This document shows positions 8,072 through 24,417 of a DNA stretch of 29,391 nucleotides, piece by piece. This DNA is from a bacterium (lineage in GTDB: Bacteria > Patescibacteriota > Saccharimonadia > Saccharimonadales > Saccharimonadaceae). The notes under the pieces were generated by a model, which worked only from the letters and a program-made list of their open reading frames with translations, made no database searches and was not told the DNA's origin. The translations under genes were made by a program, and so were the position numbers. The stretch's first letter is position 1. Each line of letters opens with the position of its first letter. Location: assembly GCA_021847685.1 (NCBI GenBank), contig JAJZQE010000001.1, positions 1 through 29,391 on the forward strand, written 5' to 3'.

Positions 8072-8650
8072 TTATTTTTTGCCAGTAACAATCAGGCGTA
8101 AGTAGTCGTAAATAATACCAATGACCCAACCGATAATGAAGGCACCGATAGTCTCGAAGCCGGATAATTGGTAGCCAATGTTTTTAGCAATCACATATAC
8201 AGCCAGGGTTATGATAAAAGCCGACACCGACCCTGCCAAGATGGCATTCGGGCGGGCTACCGTCGATCCGACGACTTCGCTTACTTTCTCGACGGCCCTG
8301 TTGTGAATGACTTTACTGAACGTTCGGCTAATCGGTGGCAACTCGGCCCTTACTTCGGTCATTTGACGCTTAAAGCTAGTTTCTTTTTGCTTTTTGCCAA
8401 CTGGCCCACGGTGTTGTGGCGCTTTGGGTTCGCTACTTGATTTGCGCTCTTTACCGCCAGCCTCGACACTGATGGCCGACTCCAGGGCTTCCACTCGGGC
8501 TCTTTCAGCCATGGCTTCGGCATCGCGTGGACTAAGCTCAACTGAATTTTCAGGTGTATTTGTTAGCTTTTCAAGTTGCTCGGCGGCCGAGGCAGTGTTT
8601 TCTATGCCAGCTTCAGGTGTGTTATTGAGGTTTTCTGGTTGATTACTCAT
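8072..8650 (-). CDS. Hypothetical protein with two C-terminal TM helices
   Basis: 192 aa; hydrophilic N-terminus, hydrophobic C-terminal hairpin. Confidence 0.8.
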   Translation of the reverse strand: MSNQPENLNNTPEAGIENTASAAEQLEKLTNTPENSVELSPRDAEAMAERARVEALESAISVEAGGKERKSSSEPKAPQHRGPVGKKQKETSFKRQMTEVRAELPPISRTFSKVIHNRAVEKVSEVVGSTVARPNAILAGSVSAFIITLAVYVIAKNIGYQLSGFETIGAFIIGWVIGIIYDYLRLIVTGKK

Positions 8651-8666
8651 AATTTTGTCCTAACTT

Positions 8667-9965
8667 TTAGATTGTTCCAGCGTTTAGACTGTGGCGGATA
8701 AGCCTTACTTCTGTTTTAACTTGTCGCGAGCGGGCGTAGAAGTAGGTGGTGACCGCAAGCACAATACCGGCAAATAGCAGATTTTCACTTGGACCAGTTT
8801 TTGGCAGCTGCGTGACTACTTGTTCAACAACCTTAGGAGCGGCGCAGTTAACAGATATATCAACCGAATTACCAAAGACATTGACCATGTGACAATCGTA
8901 CGAAGTTGGGTCGCTTAGACCGCGGGCAGTGGCCGGAACTGGATCCATAACTCTAACAACAAAGCTACGAACTTGGCTGCCACCCGGAGCCAGGGTTACA
9001 GTGGGCCACGATATGGTTTTGGTGGTCGCATCGAGATTACCGCCACCATTGTCCACTAGTGTAGAATACTCTAACGTATCCGCTAGTTGGTCGGTGATAG
9101 TGACATCCTTCGAGGCTAAGCCAGTATTTTTGATTGTTATGGTGTAGGCAATTGTGTCGCCACCGTTTGCGATAACTGTTGATGCATCAACTGATCCCTG
9201 GGTGACATTAAGAGCAGATTTAGACTGGACGATACTTGGCGAACATTTTACATCATTAATCCATAGGCTATTATCGCCGGCGCAGGGCTGACAGTCTTTA
9301 CTGTCTGCTAATAAGTTAGAGTTATAGCGGCACTTTGCCGGTGCGACTGGGGTGGGAGCGACTGGTGTCGGTGCTGGTTTTGGCGCTGGTGGTGCAGGTA
9401 CTATAGTAGTCGCTATATTGCCGCAGGCCTGCATAATTGTGAACCAGCCAATTTTTGCAGAATGACCAATCCATCCATAGACTCTAGTGTTGGCTCCGTA
9501 GCCTAGAGTCATTGGACGAGCGTAGACCGTCGTAACGACGGTTCCGCTGGCGTTAGTGATTGGAACTGTTTGTTCGCCTCGGGCGGCTCCGTATAGGCTG
9601 CTACGGCCCCAGGATAGATTATTGCCACTAATAAAACTTCCGTACTTGGCGCTAGTGATTTCTTCGCGAGTAATACCGACATAATTCATAATGTCTTTTA
9701 AATTACCAGTATTATTGTCGTATGGCGCTAAAAAGTTGTTAATTGATTTGCCGATTCCGCCTCTAATGAAGTCATTTGGGCTAGACGCGTTAGCCGACTC
9801 GGGAGCTTGGAACACGGCCAAGGACTGGACGATTAAGGCTAAAACAACAAAAATTAACCCTAATCTACGAGTTGCTTCTTCTTGGCGAAGGCGCTTGGCA
9901 TAAAAGCCAAGTTGGCCAACAAGTGCTGGGCTGAAAGAAAGATTTGATACAATTTTTCTAAACAT
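8667..9965 (-). CDS. Surface protein with DUF11-like Ig domain, Pro-rich linker and LPXTG-type sorting signal
   Basis: N-terminal TM; PAPTPVAPTPVAP; GDTIAYTITIKNTG...VTITDQL; LPKTG plus TM plus basic tail. Confidence 0.85.
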   Translation of the reverse strand: MFRKIVSNLSFSPALVGQLGFYAKRLRQEEATRRLGLIFVVLALIVQSLAVFQAPESANASSPNDFIRGGIGKSINNFLAPYDNNTGNLKDIMNYVGITREEITSAKYGSFISGNNLSWGRSSLYGAARGEQTVPITNASGTVVTTVYARPMTLGYGANTRVYGWIGHSAKIGWFTIMQACGNIATTIVPAPPAPKPAPTPVAPTPVAPAKCRYNSNLLADSKDCQPCAGDNSLWINDVKCSPSIVQSKSALNVTQGSVDASTVIANGGDTIAYTITIKNTGLASKDVTITDQLADTLEYSTLVDNGGGNLDATTKTISWPTVTLAPGGSQVRSFVVRVMDPVPATARGLSDPTSYDCHMVNVFGNSVDISVNCAAPKVVEQVVTQLPKTGPSENLLFAGIVLAVTTYFYARSRQVKTEVRLIRHSLNAGTI

Positions 9966-10040
9966 TTTTGTTTTTTGTTTATTACCTCTTGTGTATCACA
10001 TTAGCATAAGAAATATGTTCAGCGCAATAGCCCAATTAAC

Positions 10041-10069
10041 TTGAGTGAACACAAATTTTTCGCTATAAT
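10041..10069 (+). promoter_or_regulatory. gyrB promoter
   Basis: TTGAGT-17-TATAAT. Confidence 0.7.
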
Positions 10070-10093
10070 AGTATTATTGTAAATAGTAAATAA

Positions 10094-12103
<2,010 letters not shown>

Positions 12104-12115
12104 GGGATAAAACGT

Positions 12116-14647
12116 ATGAATGAAGATAATCTACCAACCGCACCACTCGATGAAGAACTTCCAATTGAAGGTGAATTGCTGACGCACGAAGATACCGCTG
12201 GTGTTGAAAAACGTACAATTGAAAAAGTCATGGAAGACAGCTTTTTCCGTTACTCGATGAGTGTTATTATCGACCGTGCCCTTCCGGATGTCCGTGACGG
12301 CTTAAAGCCGGTTCATCGCCGCATAATGCACTCCATGAATGTTAATGGTAATCGTAGTAACGCCAAGTTTGTTAAAAGTGCTCGTATTGTCGGTGATGTT
12401 ATGGGTAAATTTCACCCTCACGGTGACTCGGCGATTTACGATGCGATGGTTCGTTTGGCGCAACCTTGGTCACTTCGCTATCCACTAGTTCAGGGGCAGG
12501 GTAACTTTGGTTCAATGGACGGTGATCCCGCAGCTGCAAGCCGATATACGGAAGCTCGTTTACAGCGAATTGCTGATGAAATGCTGTCTGATATTGAAAA
12601 ACAGACGGTTGATTTTCGCGATAACTATGATGGATCCGAACAAGAGCCGATAGTTCTGCCTGCCAAGCTACCGAACCTCCTGCTTAACGGTCAAATTGGT
12701 ATTGCGGTCGGTATGGCAACTAATATTCCGCCGCACAACCTAGGTGAATTAATCGATGCGTCGGTTGAATTAATCGATAATAAAGACGCCACCATTGATG
12801 ACTTACTAAAACATGTAAAGGGTCCAGACTTCCCGACCGGTGCTGTGGTATACGGCGGTGCTCCAATGAGGCAGGCCTACATAACCGGTCGCGGTAGCGT
12901 TACGATTCGGGCGGTAGCTAATATCGAGGAAACTAAAAAAGGTCGCCACCAAATTGTCGTAACAGAAATTCCTTACGGTGTAAATAAAGCAACACTTGTT
13001 GAAAAGATTGCTGAGCTTTACAAAGAAAAGAAGATTAATATCAGTGACTTACGCGACGAAACATCACGCGGTAAGGTGCGTATCGTTATAGAGGTCAAGA
13101 AAGATGGTTACCCCAAGAAGGTGCTTAACCAACTATACAAGTTGACTGCTCTGCAAAGTAGCTTTAATTACAACATGCTGGCATTGATTGATGGCATTCA
13201 GCCAAAGATTCTTGGCCTTCAGGAAATGCTACAAGAGTTTATCAAGCATCGTCAACAAGTTGTTCGCCGTCGAACCGAATTTGAACTTCGTAAAGCAAAA
13301 GAGCGGGCACATATTTTAGAAGGTTACAAAATTGCGCTTGATCATATTGATGAGGTGATTCGAATTATTCGCGCCAGCCAGACAAGTGAAGAGGCTCAAA
13401 AGAACCTTATCGAAAAATTTGGTTTAAGCGAAATTCAGGCTCAGTCGATTTTGGCGATGCAATTACGTCGCCTAACTGGACTTGAACGCGCGGCCATCGA
13501 GAACGAACTCGACTCACTGCTGAAGATGATTAAGCGCTACGAGGAAATCTTGGCGGACGAAAAGGAAGTTTTGGCGATTATCAAGGCGGAACTTCTTGAG
13601 ATGAAAGATAAGTACGGTGACGAACGTCGTTCCAAGATGATTAATAATGAGCTCGGTAAGTTTAGTGATGAGGAATTGATTCCAGAAGAAGAATCAGTTA
13701 TCTTGCTGACAACTGAAAACTATATCAAGCGTACGCTTGTTAGTGAGTATCGTCGTCAGCACCGTGGCGGCAAGGGCAAGCGTGGTATGACAACCAAAGA
13801 AATGGACGTGATTGATCAGCTCGTACCAGCTTCAACCCATGATTACTTACTGTTCTTTACCAATAAGGGACGAATCTTCCGCCTAAAGGCTTATGAAGTA
13901 CCGGCCGCCAGCTTGGCTGCCAAGGGTGTGGCTGCGGTTAACCTATTACAGCTTCAGCCGGAAGAACGTATCACGTCGATTATTAGGCACGCCAAGGACG
14001 CCAGTGACGACGGCTACTTGTTTATGGCCACAACCAAGGGCACTATCAAAAAGACGCCATTGAAGGATTATGCAAATATTCGCACCAACGGTTTAATTGC
14101 GATTAAGCTGGACGAGGGTGACGAGTTAAGGTGGATTCAAAAGACTGACGGTGTTAGCGATGTAATTGTGTCAACATCTGCTGGTCAAGCGATTCGGTTT
14201 AGCGAGAAGGATGCTCGTCCAATGGGACGTTCAGCCCGCGGTGTCCGCGGTGTTCGTCTGCGACCGCACGACCAGGTAGTCGGTATGGATATTGTTGGCG
14301 GCGACGGTCACAGTCTGCTGGTGATTAGTGAAAATGGCTACGGAAAAGTTACAAAAGTGGCTAACTTCCCGTCGCATAAGCGCGGTGGAGTTGGTATCAA
14401 AGCGGCGATTGTGACCGCTAAGACCGGACCAATCATTGCCGTTCAGACACTTGATCCAAATGCCAGTGAAGTACTGCTAATTTCTAACAAAGGTCAGGCC
14501 ATTCGTATTAGCCTTAAGGATATTCCAACACTCGGCCGGACAACTCAAGGCGTGCGCATTATGCGCATGAGTGACGGTGACAAGGTCGCCTCGCTTGGTC
14601 TGATGCCAGAACAGGTAGTTGAATCTGAAGACGAGGAAGAGGAGTAG
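12116..14647 (+). CDS. gyrA: DNA gyrase subunit A
   Basis: [29 protein letters not shown], GyrA box QHRGGKG, acidic tail. Confidence 0.98.
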   Translation: MNEDNLPTAPLDEELPIEGELLTHEDTAGVEKRTIEKVMEDSFFRYSMSVIIDRALPDVRDGLKPVHRRIMHSMNVNGNRSNAKFVKSARIVGDVMGKFHPHGDSAIYDAMVRLAQPWSLRYPLVQGQGNFGSMDGDPAAASRYTEARLQRIADEMLSDIEKQTVDFRDNYDGSEQEPIVLPAKLPNLLLNGQIGIAVGMATNIPPHNLGELIDASVELIDNKDATIDDLLKHVKGPDFPTGAVVYGGAPMRQAYITGRGSVTIRAVANIEETKKGRHQIVVTEIPYGVNKATLVEKIAELYKEKKINISDLRDETSRGKVRIVIEVKKDGYPKKVLNQLYKLTALQSSFNYNMLALIDGIQPKILGLQEMLQEFIKHRQQVVRRRTEFELRKAKERAHILEGYKIALDHIDEVIRIIRASQTSEEAQKNLIEKFGLSEIQAQSILAMQLRRLTGLERAAIENELDSLLKMIKRYEEILADEKEVLAIIKAELLEMKDKYGDERRSKMINNELGKFSDEELIPEEESVILLTTENYIKRTLVSEYRRQHRGGKGKRGMTTKEMDVIDQLVPASTHDYLLFFTNKGRIFRLKAYEVPAASLAAKGVAAVNLLQLQPEERITSIIRHAKDASDDGYLFMATTKGTIKKTPLKDYANIRTNGLIAIKLDEGDELRWIQKTDGVSDVIVSTSAGQAIRFSEKDARPMGRSARGVRGVRLRPHDQVVGMDIVGGDGHSLLVISENGYGKVTKVANFPSHKRGGVGIKAAIVTAKTGPIIAVQTLDPNASEVLLISNKGQAIRISLKDIPTLGRTTQGVRIMRMSDGDKVASLGLMPEQVVESEDEEEE

Positions 14648-14655
14648 GGCGTCAT

Positions 14656-15090
14656 ATGAGCGCTCTATTCCCTTATATTGTAACAATCCTAATCGCCTGG
14701 TTCTCGGCTCAGGCATTAAAATACATTGTCTCTGGCTTTAAGCGTCGAAATTTTAAGGAAAGTCTGGGGCAATTGTATCTATCGGGTGATATGCCGAGCG
14801 CTCATAGTGCGACAGTGGTATCGCTGCTGGTGCTAATTGGCTTTCACGAAGGTTTTGGCTCGGCAATATTTGGTCTAGCCGCGTTATTTAGTGCAATCGT
14901 GATGTACGACGCGATGATGGTGCGGCGATCATCTGGCGAGCAGGGCCGAGCATTAACCCAGCTACTTATCGCAACAAAAAGTAACATAAAATTACCTCGC
15001 GTCGCTAAGGGACATACCCCTTCAGAAGTGGCTGCTGGCGCTATTCTAGGTTTATTTATTGGTATCATTGTTATTTTAGCTACAGCTTAG
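14656..15090 (+). CDS. Divergent PAP2 family (DUF212) membrane protein
   Basis: AQALK, SGDMPSAHSA, IVMYDA..VRR..G.Q, GHTPSEV. Confidence 0.88.
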   Translation: MSALFPYIVTILIAWFSAQALKYIVSGFKRRNFKESLGQLYLSGDMPSAHSATVVSLLVLIGFHEGFGSAIFGLAALFSAIVMYDAMMVRRSSGEQGRALTQLLIATKSNIKLPRVAKGHTPSEVAAGAILGLFIGIIVILATA

Positions 15091-15101
15091 TTAAAAAACC
15101 C

Positions 15102-15131
15102 TTGACGCGAGACTAATTCATAGAGTATGAT
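15102..15131 (+). promoter_or_regulatory. 16S rRNA promoter; boxA-like GAACTTTGACAA near 15192
   Basis: TTGACG-18-TATGAT. Confidence 0.7.
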
Positions 15132-15339
15132 TGTTTAAGTCTGGTCGCAAGAACAACGCGATAACAACGTGGAGTTGAACAGATGAACAGAACTTTGACA
15201 ATTTAGTTGTGCAAATCATCGTCAGTTTATTATGTGACCAAGTAGACGTATGAATGAACTTGTTTATTTATACTAAGCTTGGAAATTTTATTTCTTAGGA
15301 AATATTGAGTATGTTTGTATCGATTTATCGGTACAAACT

Positions 15340-16915
<1,576 letters not shown>

Positions 16916-17078
16916 CTAGGGAGAGTTATGCCAGCAATACGAGTAATCTATTGCTGAAGCTAGGTCGGTCTTTTTGTTGTGTTGAGCTTACATAACAATA
17001 TATGTCCTTCGGGACAAAGACTAAGTTCGAAAAAATCTCGACGTAGACTTGACGATGATTGCACAACTAACTTGTTAA

Positions 17079-17119
17079 AATAGAGAATCCTCTAGCGAAA
17101 ACTAGGGGATTTTTCTATT
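17079..17119 (+). terminator. Intrinsic terminator after 16S
   Basis: AATCCTCTAG-cgaaaa-CTAGGGGATT followed by a T tract. Confidence 0.7.
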
Positions 17120-17165
17120 CCGTAAGCTATCGTAAAGGTTCCGGCGTCAGCTCATCTTATAACCC

Positions 17166-17194
17166 TTGCGATAAGAGGCTAGTTGATATAGAAT
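17166..17194 (+). promoter_or_regulatory. Promoter for tRNA-Ala/tRNA-Ile
   Basis: TTGCGA-17-TAGAAT. Confidence 0.6.
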
Positions 17195-17216
17195 GGTTTA
17201 AGTTCACGGTTGATAT

Positions 17217-17293
17217 GGGGCAATAGCTCAGTTGGCTAGAGCACCTGCTTTGCAAGCAGGGGGTCCAGGGTTCGAGTCCCTGTTGCTCCACCA
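17217..17293 (+). tRNA. tRNA-Ala(TGC)
   Basis: Cloverleaf, anticodon loop TTTGCAA, encoded CCA. Confidence 0.98.
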
Positions 17294-17368
17294 TACGGGG
17301 TGAACTAGGTTTACGCCTAGATCACTCCACCAAGAACTAATTTACAATTAAAGCATTTTCTAAATTGT

Positions 17369-17445
17369 GGGCGACTAGCTCAGCTGGTTAGAGCGCGTCA
17401 CTGATAATGACGAGGTCGGAGGTTCAAGTCCCTCGTCGCCCACCA
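17369..17445 (+). tRNA. tRNA-Ile(GAT)
   Basis: Cloverleaf, anticodon loop CTGATAA, encoded CCA; one A-C mismatch in the T stem. Confidence 0.97.
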
Positions 17446-17505
17446 TTTAGAAGATGCTTTTTTGTTTGGCATTTATATATAAAAATAGACTATTATATAG
17501 ATGAT

Positions 17506-17961
17506 ATGCACGAAAAGTATTTCCTACAGGCGGCCGAGACTGCCAAGCGGGCAACTTGCCACCGAGCGCACTGCGGATCGGTAATTGTTTCAGCCGATGG
17601 CATGGTTGTAGGTCGTGGATTTAATGCGCCACCGCTAGGTGATGAGTCGCAGCGAACATGTGACAATGAGTATCATAGTGATAAAAAGCCAAAGTCGGAC
17701 AAGACATGTTGCGTCCACGCTGAATGGAATGCGATATTAAATGCCCTGCGCGATTATCCAGATAAGGTAGCAGGGGCAACGTTGTATTTTATGCGTATTG
17801 ACGACAATGGTCAGTTCACGCAAGCTGGAGATCCATATTGCACAGTTTGCAGTCGATTAGCCCTTCAAAGTGGTATCAAAACTTTTGGATTATGGAATAG
17901 CGGGCCTCAAATGTATGATACGGGGTTATATAACCTCAAATCATACGAATACTTTGCATAA
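17506..17961 (+). CDS. dCMP deaminase/ComEB-like Zn-dependent deaminase
   Basis: ATC.R...GSVIV, GFNAPP, HAEWNA, PYCTVC; start moved to ATG 17506 because the track ORF overlaps tRNA-Ile. Confidence 0.88.
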   Translation: MHEKYFLQAAETAKRATCHRAHCGSVIVSADGMVVGRGFNAPPLGDESQRTCDNEYHSDKKPKSDKTCCVHAEWNAILNALRDYPDKVAGATLYFMRIDDNGQFTQAGDPYCTVCSRLALQSGIKTFGLWNSGPQMYDTGLYNLKSYEYFA

Positions 17962-17967
17962 AAACAC

Positions 17968-18127
17968 TTGCAAAAAGCCATTTTGGCGAGTATAGTTACT
18001 AGGAGTTAAGCGAATGTTCATTACGAACCTCTGGCGATACGCAGTAAAGTGCATCGTAAGAGGTTCTCTTTATTGCAAAAAATACAGCAGAAACCCCTTT
18101 ACACTATGCGAGATAAAGTGGTAACAT
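17968..18127 (+). promoter_or_regulatory. Tandem promoters upstream of 23S
   Basis: TTGCAA-17-TATAGT (17968-17996) and TTTACA-18-TAACAT with extended TG (18098-18127); boxA-like GCAATTTAACAA near 18202. Confidence 0.65.
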
Positions 18128-18295
18128 CGAAAGGCTTGAGATCAGACAATGTACATCGCAATCGATGTGTATGAATGTGACCTCAAGGTGTGAGACACAG
18201 GCAATTTAACAATTTGGATGTAAGAAAGATTTTTAAAGATTGACGGCAAGTAAAAGGTAATAATGGTTATTGCCAATTACTAGTTAAGTCAATGC

Positions 18296-21644
<3,349 letters not shown>

Positions 21645-21797
21645 TCCTTGTCACTGTATGTTAATGCTTGCATTAACAGAGGTGATGAGGTAGACTTAAC
21701 TAGTAATTGATGATAATCATATTGTGATTAGCGCGTCAGTCAATAAAAATGACTTACATCCTTAATAATTTCGACAACCGTATGGACATCGATAGGT

Positions 21798-21868
21798 TAG
21801 AAGATAGAAGGTAGAATATAGAATATAGCAAATCGCTAAATTCTAATCGCTACATTCTATATTCTACC
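21798..21868. repeat. Heptamer (TAGAAnn) tandem repeats forming an inverted-repeat hairpin in the 23S-5S spacer
   Basis: TAGAAGA TAGAAGG TAGAATA TAGAATA TAGCAAA; arms 21810-24 / 21854-68 are perfectly complementary. Confidence 0.75.
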
Positions 21869-21872
21869 CAAA

Positions 21873-21978
21873 TCGGTGCCCATGGCGCTGGGGAAACACC
21901 TGTTCTCATTCCGAACACAGAAGTTAAGCTCAGCAGCGGCGATTATACTGCGTAAGTGGGAAACTAGCACGGTGCCGA
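21873..21978 (+). rRNA. rrf: 5S rRNA (short, about 106 nt)
   Basis: CATTCCGAACACAGAAGTTAAGC core; terminal helix TCGGTGCC/GGTGCCGA. Confidence 0.96.
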
Positions 21979-21983
21979 ATTAT

Positions 21984-22014
21984 AAAAAGACCATCCGAAT
22001 AGGATGGTCTTTTT
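21984..22014 (+). terminator. Terminator after 5S
   Basis: AAAAAGACCATCC-gaata-GGATGGTCTTTTT. Confidence 0.85.
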
Positions 22015-22122
22015 CTTTGGCTAAAATGCTTAAGATAATAATGCTACCAATAGATGTAGTGATCTAAATTCTATCCTCGATATTGACATTATTAACTACT
22101 TATGCTAATATCAGATAATTAT

Positions 22123-22536
22123 ATGATTAACAATAAAACAGAAAAAATTCCAGAACCAAGAGTTGAAGATAAAATTGTCGACATTGCTATAGATCTAATA
22201 GATAGCAATCCAGAATCAGGAAATGGTGATCATCCCGAGCTATCTTCCGCAGTTTTTTATGTTTCAGCCAATGACTTAGGTGATGGTAAGTATCCATCTC
22301 TTAAAGTTACGGTTCCGAAGGAAGAGTATTCAGAAAAATATGGTTGGAGGGCTGAACTTACTTTTGGAAATCAGGACCCGGCCTTGAGTACTCACATCCT
22401 TATTAGGAAGGATGGCACAACTGCAATCTCAGACTTCACCGAAGGAGCACGTGATAAGACTTTGGATGCAGAAAGAATTGTAGCCATTGAAAAATACTTA
22501 GAGGATGTCAAGAGTACTCTCATACACGACGCTTAA
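22123..22536 (+). CDS. Hypothetical acidic protein, stand-alone transcription unit
   Basis: Promoter TTGACA(22083)-17-TAATAT overlaps the track start 22102, so ATG 22123 is preferred; a terminator follows. Confidence 0.75.
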   Translation: MINNKTEKIPEPRVEDKIVDIAIDLIDSNPESGNGDHPELSSAVFYVSANDLGDGKYPSLKVTVPKEEYSEKYGWRAELTFGNQDPALSTHILIRKDGTTAISDFTEGARDKTLDAERIVAIEKYLEDVKSTLIHDA

Positions 22537-22560
22537 TTTAGGATTTTAGGCTTAAAGTAT

Positions 22561-22595
22561 AAAAAACGACCAATCTCGCAGATGTGGTCGTTTTT
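22561..22595 (+). terminator. Intrinsic terminator
   Basis: AAAACGACCA-ATCT-cgc-AGAT-G-TGGTCGTTTTT. Confidence 0.8.
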
Positions 22596-22699
22596 ATTTG
22601 AATCATAATTTTGGATTCAAACAGGTGCTAAATAATAATATCGCACCGCGCGATTATTTGCAACAGCATGAATATAATAAAAAAGCGCTTATGTACATA

Positions 22700-22728
22700 T
22701 TGACAAAAAGCATAAGCTATGCTATTAT
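22700..22728 (+). promoter_or_regulatory. Near-consensus sigma70 promoter
   Basis: TTGACA-17-TATTAT with extended TG. Confidence 0.75.
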
Positions 22729-22832
22729 GTGGAGCATACACATATCATGTGTGAGGTAAACAGGAGGGTTTCGGCATAATTTTTATGTGGAAACCTTTTT
22801 TATTCGCTGTACAGCGAAAGAGGAGAAATAAT

Positions 22833-23027
22833 ATGGCAGGAACAAAAGCTGGCGGCAAATTGGCCGCTGCAAAGAATCTAGCAAAAGACCCAAGCTTTTA
22901 CGCAAAGATCGGTAAGATCGGCGGAGAGCGTGGTCACACTGGTGGATTTGCCGCTAACCCTGAATTAGCCCGCATTGCCGGTGCTAAGGGTGGCCGCATT
23001 AGCCGCCGCAAAAAAGCTTCAGTTTAA
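22833..23027 (+). CDS. Small basic KGG-motif (general stress protein-like) protein, 64 aa
   Basis: SD AGGAG before ATG 22833; MAGTKAGG...AKIGKIGG...PELARIAGAKGGRISRR. Confidence 0.85.
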   Translation: MAGTKAGGKLAAAKNLAKDPSFYAKIGKIGGERGHTGGFAANPELARIAGAKGGRISRRKKASV

Positions 23028-23042
23028 TCTGGAGTTGGCAAC

Positions 23043-23071
23043 AAAAACGCGCTTCATTGAGGCGCGTTTTT
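23043..23071. terminator. Bidirectional terminator between convergent genes
   Basis: AAAAACGCGCTTC-att-GAGGCGCGTTTTT. Confidence 0.85.
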
Positions 23072-23083
23072 GATTCGCTTTAA

Positions 23084-23545
23084 TTAAATGGAGAAACGTC
23101 GAAGCGCACAGACACGGGCTTCATTAACGCGCCACTTATGGCTACAGGCTGGACAGCTGTAAGCTAATTTTTTAGTCTGCATCCCGGTAGCGCCACAGTT
23201 TGGGCATGTACTACGGGCATGTAGCCAGTCACGGTAGGAATCTAGGTTAGATTCGATAAAATCCTCATCAATTGTCAGATTGTATTTACCAGATAGATCC
23301 TTGGCCGTGTCCCAAGCGGCGCGCTCCATGGCGATAAGGGTGACATCACGGTCGTAATCACTGTGTTTAAGTAGACCGTGCGATAACTCGTGCAGTAAAT
23401 AGGCGTAGCCATCTTTATTCGAATACTTCTCGCTATAGTAAACGGTCTGCTTACTGGGCGACCACAGATAGTCGTCAGCTGGCTGAAAGTCGATGGTCGG
23501 ATAGTCCGATTTAAGCTTTTTTAGTATCGAGTACGTCGAGGGCAT
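23084..23545 (-). CDS. HEXXH (ImmA/IrrE-like) metalloprotein with C-terminal zinc ribbon
   Basis: LLHELSHGLL...MERAAW; CPNC...CPAC. Confidence 0.8.
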   Translation of the reverse strand: MPSTYSILKKLKSDYPTIDFQPADDYLWSPSKQTVYYSEKYSNKDGYAYLLHELSHGLLKHSDYDRDVTLIAMERAAWDTAKDLSGKYNLTIDEDFIESNLDSYRDWLHARSTCPNCGATGMQTKKLAYSCPACSHKWRVNEARVCALRRFSI

Positions 23546-24332
23546 AGTAGTAACAGCCGTAAATCACCGCTTCTTCTGGGTGGGCGGCTTGGATTATTTT
23601 TGGAGTAGGGATGTGCTCGGGTAGTTTTTCTTTCAGTATGCCAATCAGCATGTCGCCGTAGCGTTCAAAGTAGGTACCGATACTACCGCCAATAATGATA
23701 ATATCTGGTTGTATGATAGGAATCATCGCCAAAAAGCCACGACTAATTCGGTCGGCAATCTGATACCAGGTGCGTTTACTGGTGATATCACGAGCGTATT
23801 TGCCATACGTTTTGAAGATCGCTTGGCCCGAGGCGAAACTTTCCCATTCGCGCACCACGCCATCAAACTCGACTAGGGCGCGGCCGGCTTCGCTGTAGCG
23901 TAGTCCTGGGTCGATGTGGCCATTAGTGATAACGCCGGATCCGATACCGGTGCTGACGGTGACGTAAAGTGATGAGGCTGGTTGGGTCTTTAGGGCGCGA
24001 GTTTCGGCGAGGCCGGCAAGGTTAGCGTCATTCTCGACGTAAACTGGTGCACCACCTAAAACACCCTTAAATGCAGCACCAACATCAAAATTGCGCCATT
24101 TAAGGTTGTTGCACCAAATGGCGACATCGTTACGGATAATACCAGGGATAGCGATAACGACCGCGTCGATTTTGCGTTCGCCAAACTCTTTTTCTAGGGT
24201 CTCGCGGACGATGGCCGTGTATTCTTTTGTGTCCTTTGGAGTCGGAAATTTAAGCTGTTTGCCGATAACGCCATCTTTAAAATAGCTAGCGATTAATGTT
24301 TTTGTTCCACCGGTATCGATTGTTATTATCAT
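23511..24332 (-). CDS. ROK family sugar kinase
   Basis: IDTGGTK, VENDANLAGLAE, VSTGIGSG, WESFASG, IIIGGSI; lacks the Cys-rich Zn motif. Confidence 0.9.
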   Translation of the reverse strand: MIITIDTGGTKTLIASYFKDGVIGKQLKFPTPKDTKEYTAIVRETLEKEFGERKIDAVVIAIPGIIRNDVAIWCNNLKWRNFDVGAAFKGVLGGAPVYVENDANLAGLAETRALKTQPASSLYVTVSTGIGSGVITNGHIDPGLRYSEAGRALVEFDGVVREWESFASGQAIFKTYGKYARDITSKRTWYQIADRISRGFLAMIPIIQPDIIIIGGSIGTYFERYGDMLIGILKEKLPEHIPTPKIIQAAHPEEAVIYGCYYYALDVLDTKKA

Positions 24333-24417
24333 AATATTTTTAGTGTATCACACGACCACCGTTGTAATCTTAATAAGATAGGGCTATAGTTAGTACATAA
24401 TAAACCTGAGGTGTTAT

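Noticed and set aside
12400..12445. Quinolone-resistance change in GyrA
   Set aside because: [10 protein letters not shown] retains the Ser83 and Asp87 equivalents
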